Below are positions 44,559-53,388 of a stretch of DNA of 59,948 bases, piece after piece (positions within the stretch are counted from its first letter, which is position 1; each line of letters begins with the position of its first letter). A program made the position numbers and the translations under genes. The notes beneath the pieces were generated by a model. That model was not told where the DNA came from, searched no databases, and saw only the letters and a program-made list of their open reading frames with translations. Source of the stretch: an uncultured bacterium. GTDB taxonomy: Bacteria; Vulcanimicrobiota; JAJTBE01; CAYNGH01. The DNA lies in the NCBI GenBank assembly GCA_964396845.1, contig CAYNGH010000004.1, forward strand, positions 1 to 59,948, given 5' to 3'.

Positions 44559-47156
44559 ATGGCCAAAACCCGCAGTCTTTTCATTGTCCCTCATACCCAC
44601 TGGGACAGGGAATGGTACAACCCTCTGGAGGTTTTTAATGTCCATCTGGTGGAGATGCAGGACGGCCTTCTGGATCATTTTGAGTCCGGCGGAAGGTTCC
44701 CTTGTTTCATGCTGGACGGACAGTCCATACTTGCCAGGGATTATCTCCGGGTTCGCCCTTTCCATAGAGAATCTTTCGGCAGGTATGCCCGGGAAGGCCG
44801 AATCCAGACAGGGCCGTGGTTTGTAAACCCGGATCTTTTCCTTTCAGGGGGGGAAGCCCTGATTCGGAATCTCCTTTGGGGCCGGCGGTATGCCTCCCTG
44901 TGGGGAGAGCCTCAGCCGGTTCTTTATGTCCCTGAGTCTGGGGGACTTATTTCCCAGATACCCCAGATAATGAAAGGCTTCGGTATGGAACATCTGGTTT
45001 TTATCCGGGGTATCGGCAATGAAGCCCTCTCCTCGGAATATCTGCTGGAGGGAGCCGACGGCACAAAGGTGGTGGCGACTTATCTTCAAAAAGCCTATAA
45101 CAACGGCGGATTTCTGCCGGAAAACCTTGAAGAGGCCCAGAAGAGAATCCAGCGGGAAACCATGGCGTTGGAGAACGACACCATCAGTTCATGGCTTCTT
45201 TTAAACAATGGCGGGGATCATCTCCCGCCTCAGTATTTCCTTTTGAACCTGACAGAAGTTCTGGAGAAATCGGGAGAATACCGCCGGGTGAAGGTGGGCA
45301 GTTACCGGGACTATTATGAAACCATAATGAAAGAGATTGACAGGAATCAGCTTCCTCATCTGAAGGGTGAAATTGCCGGTGCCAGGGAATATCCTGTTCT
45401 GCCGGGACGAAATACCGCCCGGATGGATTTTAAGCTGAATCTCAGTCATGTTCAGAACCGACTGATACACCAGACGGAACCCATCGGGGCTGTTTTGTCC
45501 ATGTGGGGAAGACCAGTGCCCGATGCCCTTCTTGATCGGTGCTGGGAGCTTCTCCTGGAAAACCACCATCACAATACCCTGGGAGGAACAGTAATCGATG
45601 CGGTATTCCGGGAGGCTTCCCTCCGGCTGGAGAAGATCCGCCAGCTTATGGACGAGGAATGGAAAAACACCGTAAGTTTCATCCAAAATCAGGGCAAAAG
45701 GTCTGAAACCCCGGAAGCTGTGTCGGCGGTTGTGATAAATCCTCTGCCCCGGAAAAGGACCGGCCCGGTGCTGTTGCGGGGAGCCTTCCCCGGTGATGCC
45801 GGAGCCAGACTGAAAGTGACCGATGACCGGGGCAACCCTGTGCCCTGTCAGCATGTCCCCGGCAAAAGAGGCGGTTCTCATGAGGACAGGACAATCCTCA
45901 TAACTGCATCTAATGTTCCCGGCCTGGGTTGCAGAACTTACAGAGTGACCTCGGATCCAACCCCCGATGTCACATGTGAGCTTTCCCCGGTGATTTCCAA
46001 CGAATTCCTTCAGGTGGGATTTGAACCCGGGGGGACTTTCTTTGTCAAGGATCTGGAAGAGGGGTTTTCCTTTGAAGGACTCAATCGATTTATCGACGAG
46101 GCTGATGCGGGAGATTCATACAATTTCTCTCCGGTCCCCGGCGATATGACTCTGACCAATATTTTGAGGGACCCGGTAATGGAGCTGGTGGAAACAGGAA
46201 GTGTCCGCCAGACCCTGCGCCTGTCGGGAAATCTCTCCCTCCCCAGGGGACTTGATGCCGGGGGAAAGGGAAGGGATCGACGTTTTGTCGACAGCCCGGC
46301 GACTCTTCTGGTAAGCCTTTACCAGGGAATTCCCCTGGTAGAATGTATCTTGTCCTTGAAGAACCAGTCCCGGGATCACCGGCTGGGCATCAGTTTCCCT
46401 CTGAATCTCGCCGTCAGCCGTATCCTGGCAGGCCAGCCCTTTGATCTGGTAAACCGGGAGCTGGACACTCCATCAGGGGACGGCTGGATAGAATCGCCCC
46501 GGGACAGGGATCCCTTTGAGGGGCTTTTGCTTGTGGGTAATGACAGCCGGGGAATGGCGATTATATCCCACAGCCTGCGGGAATATGCCGTGGAAAGAAC
46601 CTCGCCGGGATGTATCCTGAGGACCACCTTGTTTCGATCCGTGGGATGGCTCTGCCGGCGGGGTCTTGTAACCCGGCGGGTTGCAGTGGCCCCGACTCTG
46701 CAGACTGAAGGCGCCCAGTGCCAGGAAGAGATGCTGTTCAAATATTACCTGGCCCCCACGGGAAGTCATCGGGAACTGCCCCGGGTGTTGGAATTGTTCC
46801 AGCAGTGTCAAGGGCCTATGTCAGGAGCAGTCCTGCCTCCAGGCATGGAACCTGGCCCTGTGCCTGGCGGATTAAATCTTTCTCCCTCATCCCTGGTGGT
46901 CAGCGGAATCATACCCCGGAGAGATGGCTCTGTGGTCATGCGATTCTACAATCCCACCGACGAAGCAGTCAAGGGCATCATCGAACCGGAGCCTCACTGT
47001 CCCCTCAGCCACTGGAACATCGGGGACATGGCCGGCGAAGGCAGTTCTGAGATCAATCTTCTTCCGGCAGAATTTTCAGTACCGCCCAGGGGTATAATTA
47101 CCCTGAAGTTATTCTCCGAAAAGCCCCTTGAGAAGGGAATATCCCCGGAAAATTGA
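44559..47156 (+). CDS. GH38-family alpha-mannosidase
   Basis: The N-terminal catalytic signature SLFIVPHTHWDREWY, a length of about 865 aa, and no signal peptide. Confidence 0.85.
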   Translation: MAKTRSLFIVPHTHWDREWYNPLEVFNVHLVEMQDGLLDHFESGGRFPCFMLDGQSILARDYLRVRPFHRESFGRYAREGRIQTGPWFVNPDLFLSGGEALIRNLLWGRRYASLWGEPQPVLYVPESGGLISQIPQIMKGFGMEHLVFIRGIGNEALSSEYLLEGADGTKVVATYLQKAYNNGGFLPENLEEAQKRIQRETMALENDTISSWLLLNNGGDHLPPQYFLLNLTEVLEKSGEYRRVKVGSYRDYYETIMKEIDRNQLPHLKGEIAGAREYPVLPGRNTARMDFKLNLSHVQNRLIHQTEPIGAVLSMWGRPVPDALLDRCWELLLENHHHNTLGGTVIDAVFREASLRLEKIRQLMDEEWKNTVSFIQNQGKRSETPEAVSAVVINPLPRKRTGPVLLRGAFPGDAGARLKVTDDRGNPVPCQHVPGKRGGSHEDRTILITASNVPGLGCRTYRVTSDPTPDVTCELSPVISNEFLQVGFEPGGTFFVKDLEEGFSFEGLNRFIDEADAGDSYNFSPVPGDMTLTNILRDPVMELVETGSVRQTLRLSGNLSLPRGLDAGGKGRDRRFVDSPATLLVSLYQGIPLVECILSLKNQSRDHRLGISFPLNLAVSRILAGQPFDLVNRELDTPSGDGWIESPRDRDPFEGLLLVGNDSRGMAIISHSLREYAVERTSPGCILRTTLFRSVGWLCRRGLVTRRVAVAPTLQTEGAQCQEEMLFKYYLAPTGSHRELPRVLELFQQCQGPMSGAVLPPGMEPGPVPGGLNLSPSSLVVSGIIPRRDGSVVMRFYNPTDEAVKGIIEPEPHCPLSHWNIGDMAGEGSSEINLLPAEFSVPPRGIITLKLFSEKPLEKGISPEN

Positions 47157-47193
47157 ATCATGGATAATACCGGGACAGGATGTTGACAGCCTT

Positions 47194-48279
47194 ATGGAAC
47201 GTGGAATTGATCAATACATACGGGAGATGATCCGCCTCGGCGGGTCAGATCTTCACATACCTTCGGGGTATTGTCCCATGATTCGGATATTCGGCCAGCT
47301 TCAGAAGACCCAATACCCGGAAATGAACCCGGAAGAAGTCCGTCGGATGGCCCTGGAGATGAGTTCTCAGGAAGATCAGGAGATTCTTTTCGAAGAAGCC
47401 AATGTGGATTTTGTCTATCAGACCGATGATCCCGATGCTCCCATGAACCGTTTCCGCACAAATATTTTTTTCCAGAAAAACGGCATTAATATCGTCCTTC
47501 GAGGGATTCCCCGGAAAATCCCCACCTTCGGGGACCTGGGTCTTCCCGAGAGCTTGGAGAAGCTCACTGCCCACCATCAGGGGATGGTCCTGGTAACGGG
47601 GCCATCGGGATGCGGCAAGACTGCAACCCTGGCAGCCCTTATAAATGTTATCAACGAAAAAAAGCCGATGCACATCATCACCGTGGAGGAACCCATCGAA
47701 TATGTGCATAAGAATAAAAAATCCCTGGTGATTCAACGGCAGGTGCGCCGGGATGTGGATCGCTTCGCTACAGCCCTGAAGGCTTCCCTGCGGGAGGATC
47801 CTGATGTCATAATGGTGGGAGAGATGAGGGATCTGGAAACCATATCCATGGCCATCACCGCCGCGGAAACAGGACATCTGGTCTTTGCCACCCTGCATAC
47901 CAACGGTGCCATCCAGACAGTGAACCGGATCATCGATGCCTTTCCCCAGGAACAGCAGTCCCAGATCCGCACCATGTTCTCCGAATCCCTCCGGGGAATT
48001 ATCTCTCAGCAGTTGATTCCCCGCATCGACGGCCGGGGCAGGGCTGTAGCCTTTGAAGTGCTCCATTCAAGCCCATCCATTGCCAACATGATCCGGGACA
48101 ACAAGATATACCAGCTGGGGAGTGCAATGCAGATGGGCAAAGCCAAAGGGATGTTCATCATGGACGACTCCCTGATGAACCTTGTAAAACAGGGGCTTAT
48201 CAGTGCAGATGATGCCATTGAAAGGGCCGTTGACGCAAAGACCATGCAGGAAAACCTTGCCCGGTCGGGGAGATTGTAA
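47194..48279 (+). CDS. pilT: PilT-family retraction ATPase
   Basis: LGGSDLHI...P.IRI.G, Walker A GPSGCGKT, DPDVIMVGEMRD and His box LVFATLHTNGA. I prefer the ATG at 47194. The track start at 47128 overlaps the mannosidase gene. Confidence 0.9.
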   Translation: MERGIDQYIREMIRLGGSDLHIPSGYCPMIRIFGQLQKTQYPEMNPEEVRRMALEMSSQEDQEILFEEANVDFVYQTDDPDAPMNRFRTNIFFQKNGINIVLRGIPRKIPTFGDLGLPESLEKLTAHHQGMVLVTGPSGCGKTATLAALINVINEKKPMHIITVEEPIEYVHKNKKSLVIQRQVRRDVDRFATALKASLREDPDVIMVGEMRDLETISMAITAAETGHLVFATLHTNGAIQTVNRIIDAFPQEQQSQIRTMFSESLRGIISQQLIPRIDGRGRAVAFEVLHSSPSIANMIRDNKIYQLGSAMQMGKAKGMFIMDDSLMNLVKQGLISADDAIERAVDAKTMQENLARSGRL

Positions 48280-48280
48280 G

Positions 48281-49537
48281 ATGGAAATATTCAGCAGGTT
48301 CAAGAATTTCCGCCAGTCCCGGGATGTCCCTTCCCCGGCGCCATCGGCCCCGGTGGAAGAAATCATCGATCGCTCCATAGGCCAGGGGATCAAGGCAGAT
48401 CCACCTCCCCTGGATCTGGATGTGGAGATTCCCGGAGAAACTGTTTATAATCCCATCACCATTGAGCTGAACCTCGAGCAGTTCAACCTGGATGATCTCC
48501 TGATTCGTCTGGTGGAGCTGAAAGGTTCAGACCTGCACCTGGAATCGGGAGCACCGCCGGTATTCCGCATCAAGGGGGATATATGTTATTCCAATGTGGA
48601 GCCTCTGACTGGTGAAAACATGGAAGCCCTTATAATGCCTCTGTTAGATGACCGGGGGAAAAAAATTTTCCGCAAGGTGGGGAATTTGGACTTTGCCCAC
48701 GAGATTGAAGGCCTGGCCCGGTTCCGGGTGAACCTTCTCCGTCAGCATCATGGCATGGGGGCGGTGTTCCGGGTAATCCCTTCCCGAATCCCCACCATCG
48801 AAGAGCTGAGCCTGCCGCCGATTCTCCAGCAACTCTCTAAAACCAACCGGGGGATCATCATCGTGACAGGCCCCACCGGATCGGGGAAATCCACCACTCT
48901 GGCGGCGATGATTAACTATATCAACCACAACCGCAAGGGACACATCATAACCATCGAAGACCCGATAGAGTTTACTCACCAGTCGGTAAACTGCCTCATC
49001 GATCACCGGCAGGTGGGACATCATACCCGCAGTTTTGCCGAAGCCCTGAAGGCGGCCCTGCGGGAAGACCCCGATATAATTCTGGTGGGAGAAATGCGGG
49101 ATCTGGAAACCATATCCCTGGCCATTACCGCCGCGGAAATGGGAGTTCTGGTTTTCGGCACCCTTCACACCAACTCCGCCGCCAAGACCATCGACCGAAT
49201 TATCGACGTGTTCCCCTCAAAACAGCAGGAACAGGTCAGATATCAGCTTTCCCAGTCCCTGAGGGGCATTGTGGCCCAACAGCTCCTCAAGACCGCTGAC
49301 GGTCAGGGCCGTTGCGCTGCGGTGGAGGTCCTCATCTGCAACATGGGCCTGGCCAACCTGATCCGGGAAGGCAAGACCAACCAGATAGGCTCCTTCATCC
49401 AGATGGGCAGAGATGAGGGAATGATATCCATGGACGAGGCCCTTATAAAACTGGTTCAGGAGGGGACTATAACTCCCCAGCTGGCATATTCCCGATCCAT
49501 CGAAAAAACCCGGATGAAGAGCAGGCTGGGAATCTGA
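48281..49537 (+). CDS. PilT/PilU-family ATPase paralog with a ~75-aa N-terminal extension
   Basis: The ATG at 48281 lies 1 nt after the pilT TAA and follows GGGGAG. Motifs: Walker A GPTGSGKST, DPDIILVGEMRD, LVFGTLHTNSA. The N-terminal segment MEIFSRFKNFRQSRDVPSPAPSAP...PPPLDLDVEIPGE precedes the PilT core. Confidence 0.88.
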   Translation: MEIFSRFKNFRQSRDVPSPAPSAPVEEIIDRSIGQGIKADPPPLDLDVEIPGETVYNPITIELNLEQFNLDDLLIRLVELKGSDLHLESGAPPVFRIKGDICYSNVEPLTGENMEALIMPLLDDRGKKIFRKVGNLDFAHEIEGLARFRVNLLRQHHGMGAVFRVIPSRIPTIEELSLPPILQQLSKTNRGIIIVTGPTGSGKSTTLAAMINYINHNRKGHIITIEDPIEFTHQSVNCLIDHRQVGHHTRSFAEALKAALREDPDIILVGEMRDLETISLAITAAEMGVLVFGTLHTNSAAKTIDRIIDVFPSKQQEQVRYQLSQSLRGIVAQQLLKTADGQGRCAAVEVLICNMGLANLIREGKTNQIGSFIQMGRDEGMISMDEALIKLVQEGTITPQLAYSRSIEKTRMKSRLGI

Positions 49538-49640
49538 TACGGATTCTGCAAAAGGAACCAGGGAAAATAAATTGAATTATTCCATATGAAATGATCCCGG
49601 CCATTGATGCCGGCAAAAACAAACAAGGGAGGGGATAAGG

Positions 49641-49868
49641 TTGAATCCTCTGTTGCTGGTTGTAATCTTTGTTGTCATCACACTCCTGGGGGTTTTCTTT
49701 GCCACCAGGGAAAAGGATAACCTGGTGGACATCGATGAAAAGATACCCCGGGGCAAGGGGAAAAAACTCAAGACCGATGACCAGGTGTTTGAGCTTACCT
49801 CTGCCAAGAAACAGGTGGAGCTGAACAAAATTTTAAAGCGGAAGGAAATCAAGGGTAAAAAGAAATAA
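49641..49868 (+). CDS. Small single-pass membrane protein with a Lys-rich tail (75 aa)
   Basis: A TTG start after GGGAGGGG. The TM helix is NPLLLVVIFVVITLLGVFFA, followed by a charged tail. A strong terminator follows the gene. Confidence 0.5.
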   Translation: MNPLLLVVIFVVITLLGVFFATREKDNLVDIDEKIPRGKGKKLKTDDQVFELTSAKKQVELNKILKRKEIKGKKK

Positions 49869-49885
49869 CCCAACTCAAGCCATCT

Positions 49886-49913
49886 TCAGCCGGTTGCCGG
49901 CTGATTTGTTTTT
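49886..49913 (+). terminator. Rho-independent terminator ending the long plus-strand array
   Basis: TCAGCCGG-TTG-CCGGCTGA followed by TTTGTTTTT. Confidence 0.8.
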
Positions 49914-49929
49914 CGGACACCAAATCAGT

Positions 49930-50445
49930 TTACAAAAAACGTTCGTCGGCGATTCTGCCCGACACGGATTTTTCACCAACCCATCCGGACCTGACGCCGG
50001 AAAAGCAGTCAAACTGGGGCACGTAAGGCTTGATATCAAGAAGAGGAGCCCCGTCAAGAATATCCACATCCCCGATTGTTATGCGATTGTCTTCGATTCC
50101 CACAAGTCTTACACAGGATATTCCGATTCGATTGGGCCGGCATGGTGCTCTTGTGGCAAAAACTCCATGGGGAGTGCCTGTGTCAAGATATGGCTGGACT
50201 GTCAATTCCTCCCGGCAGGTTTTATGAAACCGGTATATTAATATAATCCTCTCAAAACCCTCAAGGTCCCTGAGTCCTTCAACATAACGGGGAAACACCT
50301 CCACCACTCCCAGTTTATCTTTATCGCCGGCATGAATCGATGCCGCGGGCTGGATGGGAGTTCCTTTCTGTTCTTTGAAGGGAGTATGGACAATTCCGAT
50401 GGGTTTTAAGCAAATCGTGTTATCATCGAACTTTTCTTTCATCAA
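49930..50445 (-). CDS. trmO: TsaA/YaeB-family tRNA (m6t6A37) methyltransferase TrmO
   Basis: LKPIGIVHTPFKE...VFATRAPCRPNRIGIS.VRL...LDGAPLLDIKPYVP. Confidence 0.88.
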   Translation of the reverse strand: MMKEKFDDNTICLKPIGIVHTPFKEQKGTPIQPAASIHAGDKDKLGVVEVFPRYVEGLRDLEGFERIILIYRFHKTCREELTVQPYLDTGTPHGVFATRAPCRPNRIGISCVRLVGIEDNRITIGDVDILDGAPLLDIKPYVPQFDCFSGVRSGWVGEKSVSGRIADERFL

Positions 50446-50620
50446 GCCCTCACTTTATTATCAATTGCAGTGCAGTTTTATGCAGGGATAAATTATCTCT
50501 TTTGTCAACAACCCCTTCATAAGCAGGATCAATTCTTCCCCTGTTTCAGAGGGAAATACAAATCACACCATTATGGCGCGCCGGAATCAGCCCGGACCTG
50601 CAGTCGCCCAAAGGTTCCTG

Positions 50621-51019
50621 TTATTGCTTGCCGTCTGGGGAAGTCTTTGAATTAGGCTTCCCTTCGAATCTTTCGTTGCCCACACATATTTCAATTTTTA
50701 TACCGTCGCCATGCCTGTCAACCTCTCCGTGCTTTATCTGCCAGCCCAGAAGATCCAGCCGGGATTTTCCCAGGAGATCATGACCAATCATGGAGCCGTA
50801 ATACCCTGCAAGCTCGGGTCGTCTTGCAGCATTGAGAGTGTTGAAAATCTTTTCGATTTCCGCATCGGTTCTGGTGACATTGTCAGTGATGACAAAATGT
50901 ATCCCGTCAAGCTCCTGATATAGGGAAATGTTCATCCGGGAAGGCTTTCCCTCCAGGATAAAACTGGACATCTCGGTTATAAGGTTAAGTAAAAATTCTC
51001 TTCTTCTCATATTATTCAC
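50621..51019 (-). CDS. Hypothetical small protein, with weak resemblance to SpoIIAB-like GHKL (HATPase_c) modules
   Basis: ISLYQELDGIHFVITDNV...RPELAGYYGSM loosely parallels the G1/G2 region of small GHKL kinases, but the N-box looks degenerate. This is a low-confidence similarity judged by eye only. Confidence 0.45.
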   Translation of the reverse strand: MNNMRRREFLLNLITEMSSFILEGKPSRMNISLYQELDGIHFVITDNVTRTDAEIEKIFNTLNAARRPELAGYYGSMIGHDLLGKSRLDLLGWQIKHGEVDRHGDGIKIEICVGNERFEGKPNSKTSPDGKQ

Positions 51020-51047
51020 CTGTATAAATTAATCTGTTAATCAGTCG

Positions 51048-52304
51048 TTATTCCAGACCTTCTTCTTTTATGGATTTGTACCATTCAATGACCGCCACCA
51101 TCAGTGTAGCTGTCAGACCGCCTGCAAAGCCGTTGTTGTAAAGATCAAAGCCTCCGTGCCAAGCTGCTGATCTCATCACCATCAGCAGATGAGTGACACC
51201 GCCGATGATGCCGATTATCGGGCCGAACTGCCCTGCCAGGGGTGCCAGGGTTGTGACAAAAAGCGCCGCCAGGATAGGGCCGGGATCTGCCGGATTCATG
51301 CCAAAAATAAAGCATCCCAGCAACACTCCCAGCATTACCGGCCAGCTGTTCTTCAGGTGTTTTCCGAAGGCTCCGAACCCCATGATGGTGAAGATTCCTC
51401 CCAGCACCGGGCCGTTAAAGTCGCCCCCCACCGCCAGCACATAAAGCCAGCTTCCGATACCCAGGAGGCCGATATTCAGAAGGGATCCTCCCAGAGTCAC
51501 CATGTCGATAAAATCCGAGGGCAGTCTTCCGCTTTTTCTTTGAATCAATAAAAAATCCGTAAAAACCTTTTGTTTTCTTTCCATCAGGCCGGCGATAACA
51601 AACATTACAGATATGACGGGAACCAGCAGGATCATTAATGTGGATGGGGTTTTATTCCAGATGACTTCGATGACCAGTTTCCGGCCAGTGGCCTCCACCA
51701 CCCCCGCGGCGAAAAGCCCCAGAAAACCGCATGTCAGGCCGATGTTGTAGAGATTATACCCCTGGTGCATATGAAGCATTGATCGGGCCAGAGGAGGCAG
51801 AAGAATCCCTGCAATCACCCCGGAGATAATCCCCAGAATCAAGCCGGGAATGCCCACAAAACCGAACTCGAATATCATGAATGTAACCAGAGGCCCCAGG
51901 GCTGTTCCAAAAAGGGCAATCAGCAGGTATTCCTGATAGCTTTTGCCGACGATTTTAGCCGAGATATAAACCCCGAGGAAAATGGGCAGGATGTTGATGG
52001 GAGTCTTGCCGAAAAGTCCGAAGCCGAATATGGTAAAAATCGCCGCCAATGTGGGCCCTGACAGGGTGACCTTGTTCAGGTAAATAATCAGGAGAGCTAT
52101 CAGGGATATGAGCACTGCATTTAACAGGGCAGCCCCGACTCCGCCCACCTGGGTAAAGTCATTGATGAGCCTTCCGGGATGCTTCTGAATAACCATCAGA
52201 TTTCTCATCGTCGGCTCAAAGCCCTGATTTATGAAGGCTGCAACAGTCACACCGGCCATGATTAACAGTATGAATATATATAATCGTTTCTCCTGACTTT
52301 TCAT
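51048..52304 (-). CDS. Polytopic membrane protein (DUF1576-like)
   Basis: About 11-12 TM helices and an internal duplication of Gly-rich helices (FGFGLFGK / MGFGAFGK). The DUF1576 assignment is from memory of that family's look and is not verified. Confidence 0.6.
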   Translation of the reverse strand: MKSQEKRLYIFILLIMAGVTVAAFINQGFEPTMRNLMVIQKHPGRLINDFTQVGGVGAALLNAVLISLIALLIIYLNKVTLSGPTLAAIFTIFGFGLFGKTPINILPIFLGVYISAKIVGKSYQEYLLIALFGTALGPLVTFMIFEFGFVGIPGLILGIISGVIAGILLPPLARSMLHMHQGYNLYNIGLTCGFLGLFAAGVVEATGRKLVIEVIWNKTPSTLMILLVPVISVMFVIAGLMERKQKVFTDFLLIQRKSGRLPSDFIDMVTLGGSLLNIGLLGIGSWLYVLAVGGDFNGPVLGGIFTIMGFGAFGKHLKNSWPVMLGVLLGCFIFGMNPADPGPILAALFVTTLAPLAGQFGPIIGIIGGVTHLLMVMRSAAWHGGFDLYNNGFAGGLTATLMVAVIEWYKSIKEEGLE

Positions 52305-52505
52305 TCACTTCTCCCTCACAAAAAATTCAGGGCTTTCCTTATACCTGCTGTTAAATGATTTATCAATGAAAGCCTGGCCAGGACAAATCAGCACAACAGA
52401 TGACTTCATCATTCTAAAGTTCCGGTATAATATTCTTCGATAAAAAAACAAAATGAACCTCCCCCTGTTAACCAGCTGATTTCACAAACAACTTGAACCG
52501 AAAGC

Positions 52506-52556
52506 AAAAATCCTGCCAGAACTCTTTGAAAACTTACTGTCAGGATTTTTATTCTT
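52506..52556. terminator. Bidirectional hairpin terminator
   Basis: AAAAATCCTGCCAG...(18-nt loop)...CTGTCAGGATTTTT, then ATTCTTTTC. T-runs are present on both strands. It lies about 80 nt past the stop of the orphan gene on the minus strand. Confidence 0.65.
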
Positions 52557-52632
52557 TTCTTACCGGACATACTGATCTTTGATATTGATCATACTGCCTT
52601 CCTTGGGAAAAATTTCTGATTCTTCTTGTAGA

Positions 52633-53253
52633 TTATGTGGAATAGGGGAATGGAATCCTTACCTGACTGTTGGACTCCCTGTAAGACCGGGATCCGTCAG
52701 AGTTTGTGCTTATTTCGATTTTTTCTTTGTTGAAGCCCCAAAGTTCCTTGGAGCTGTGGCCTCTTTCTTCCTTCATAGAGTGAATGTTTCCCTTTTTAGT
52801 GAAATACACATCGCTGGATCCGCCGGAATAACTGATCTTGTTAGAAACTAAAGCATGGTTGGTGAGATTAATCCTGCGGTTCAAGGCTTCGGGAACACCA
52901 GTCTTGGCGTTATAGACAACTCTGACCCATTCCTTACCGCCACTGGCGATTAATTCCCTGCCAACCTGACCAGTTTTGGGATCGTCGTGGGGTCTGATTT
53001 TAACTTCCTTTTCCATCTCCACATAGCCCTTTCGGGGGTCCAGATCATTGGGGCCATTATCCTGGCTGATATAGCTGTCGGCGATTTCTCTTTGCTGTTT
53101 TGTGACATTATTTATTTTTCCCAGGGTCTTGCATTCACTGCAGTCTTTGGGGGCTTTCTTAACCGTTCCAGAAAAGCGCCATTCGGTTCCCATCACCCGG
53201 TGATTGCTTACATCGGGGGTATTTATCATATTGTTTCTGTTTAATGTGTTCAT
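52633..53253 (-). CDS. Orphan hypothetical protein (206 aa) in an AT-rich islet
   Basis: ATG with the SD AAGAGGAG. No signal peptide, TM helix or recognisable motif. It is hydrophilic and Asn/Lys/Ser-rich. Confidence 0.55.
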   Translation of the reverse strand: MNTLNRNNMINTPDVSNHRVMGTEWRFSGTVKKAPKDCSECKTLGKINNVTKQQREIADSYISQDNGPNDLDPRKGYVEMEKEVKIRPHDDPKTGQVGRELIASGGKEWVRVVYNAKTGVPEALNRRINLTNHALVSNKISYSGGSSDVYFTKKGNIHSMKEERGHSSKELWGFNKEKIEISTNSDGSRSYRESNSQVRIPFPYST

Positions 53254-53301
53254 TTTATCTTCTCCTCTTATTCCGGGAGTTATCTCCCATTTGTTAAGTT
53301 A

Positions 53302-53307
53302 ATTATA
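53302..53307 (-). promoter_or_regulatory. Putative -10 box (TATAAT) for the orphan gene
   Basis: The minus strand reads ...TTAACAAAGTTAACATTTCGATAGAGTATAATTAAC... about 50 nt upstream of the ATG. The best -35-like TTAACA is not at ideal spacing. Confidence 0.35.
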
Positions 53308-53388
53308 CTCTATCGAAATGTTAACTTTGTTAAGAGGAATTTAAAAATCATTGATAACATGTAAACAAAAGTAATATTCTGCCCAAAA

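Noticed and set aside
52305-53388. The AT-rich islet as a prophage, IS or integrative-element remnant.
   Set aside because: There is no integrase, transposase or tRNA target, and I could find no flanking direct repeats. The only shared string is a 10-nt inverted match (TCATTGATAA) at about 52360 and about 53347, which is compatible with chance in AT-rich DNA. I keep it only as a compositional oddity.
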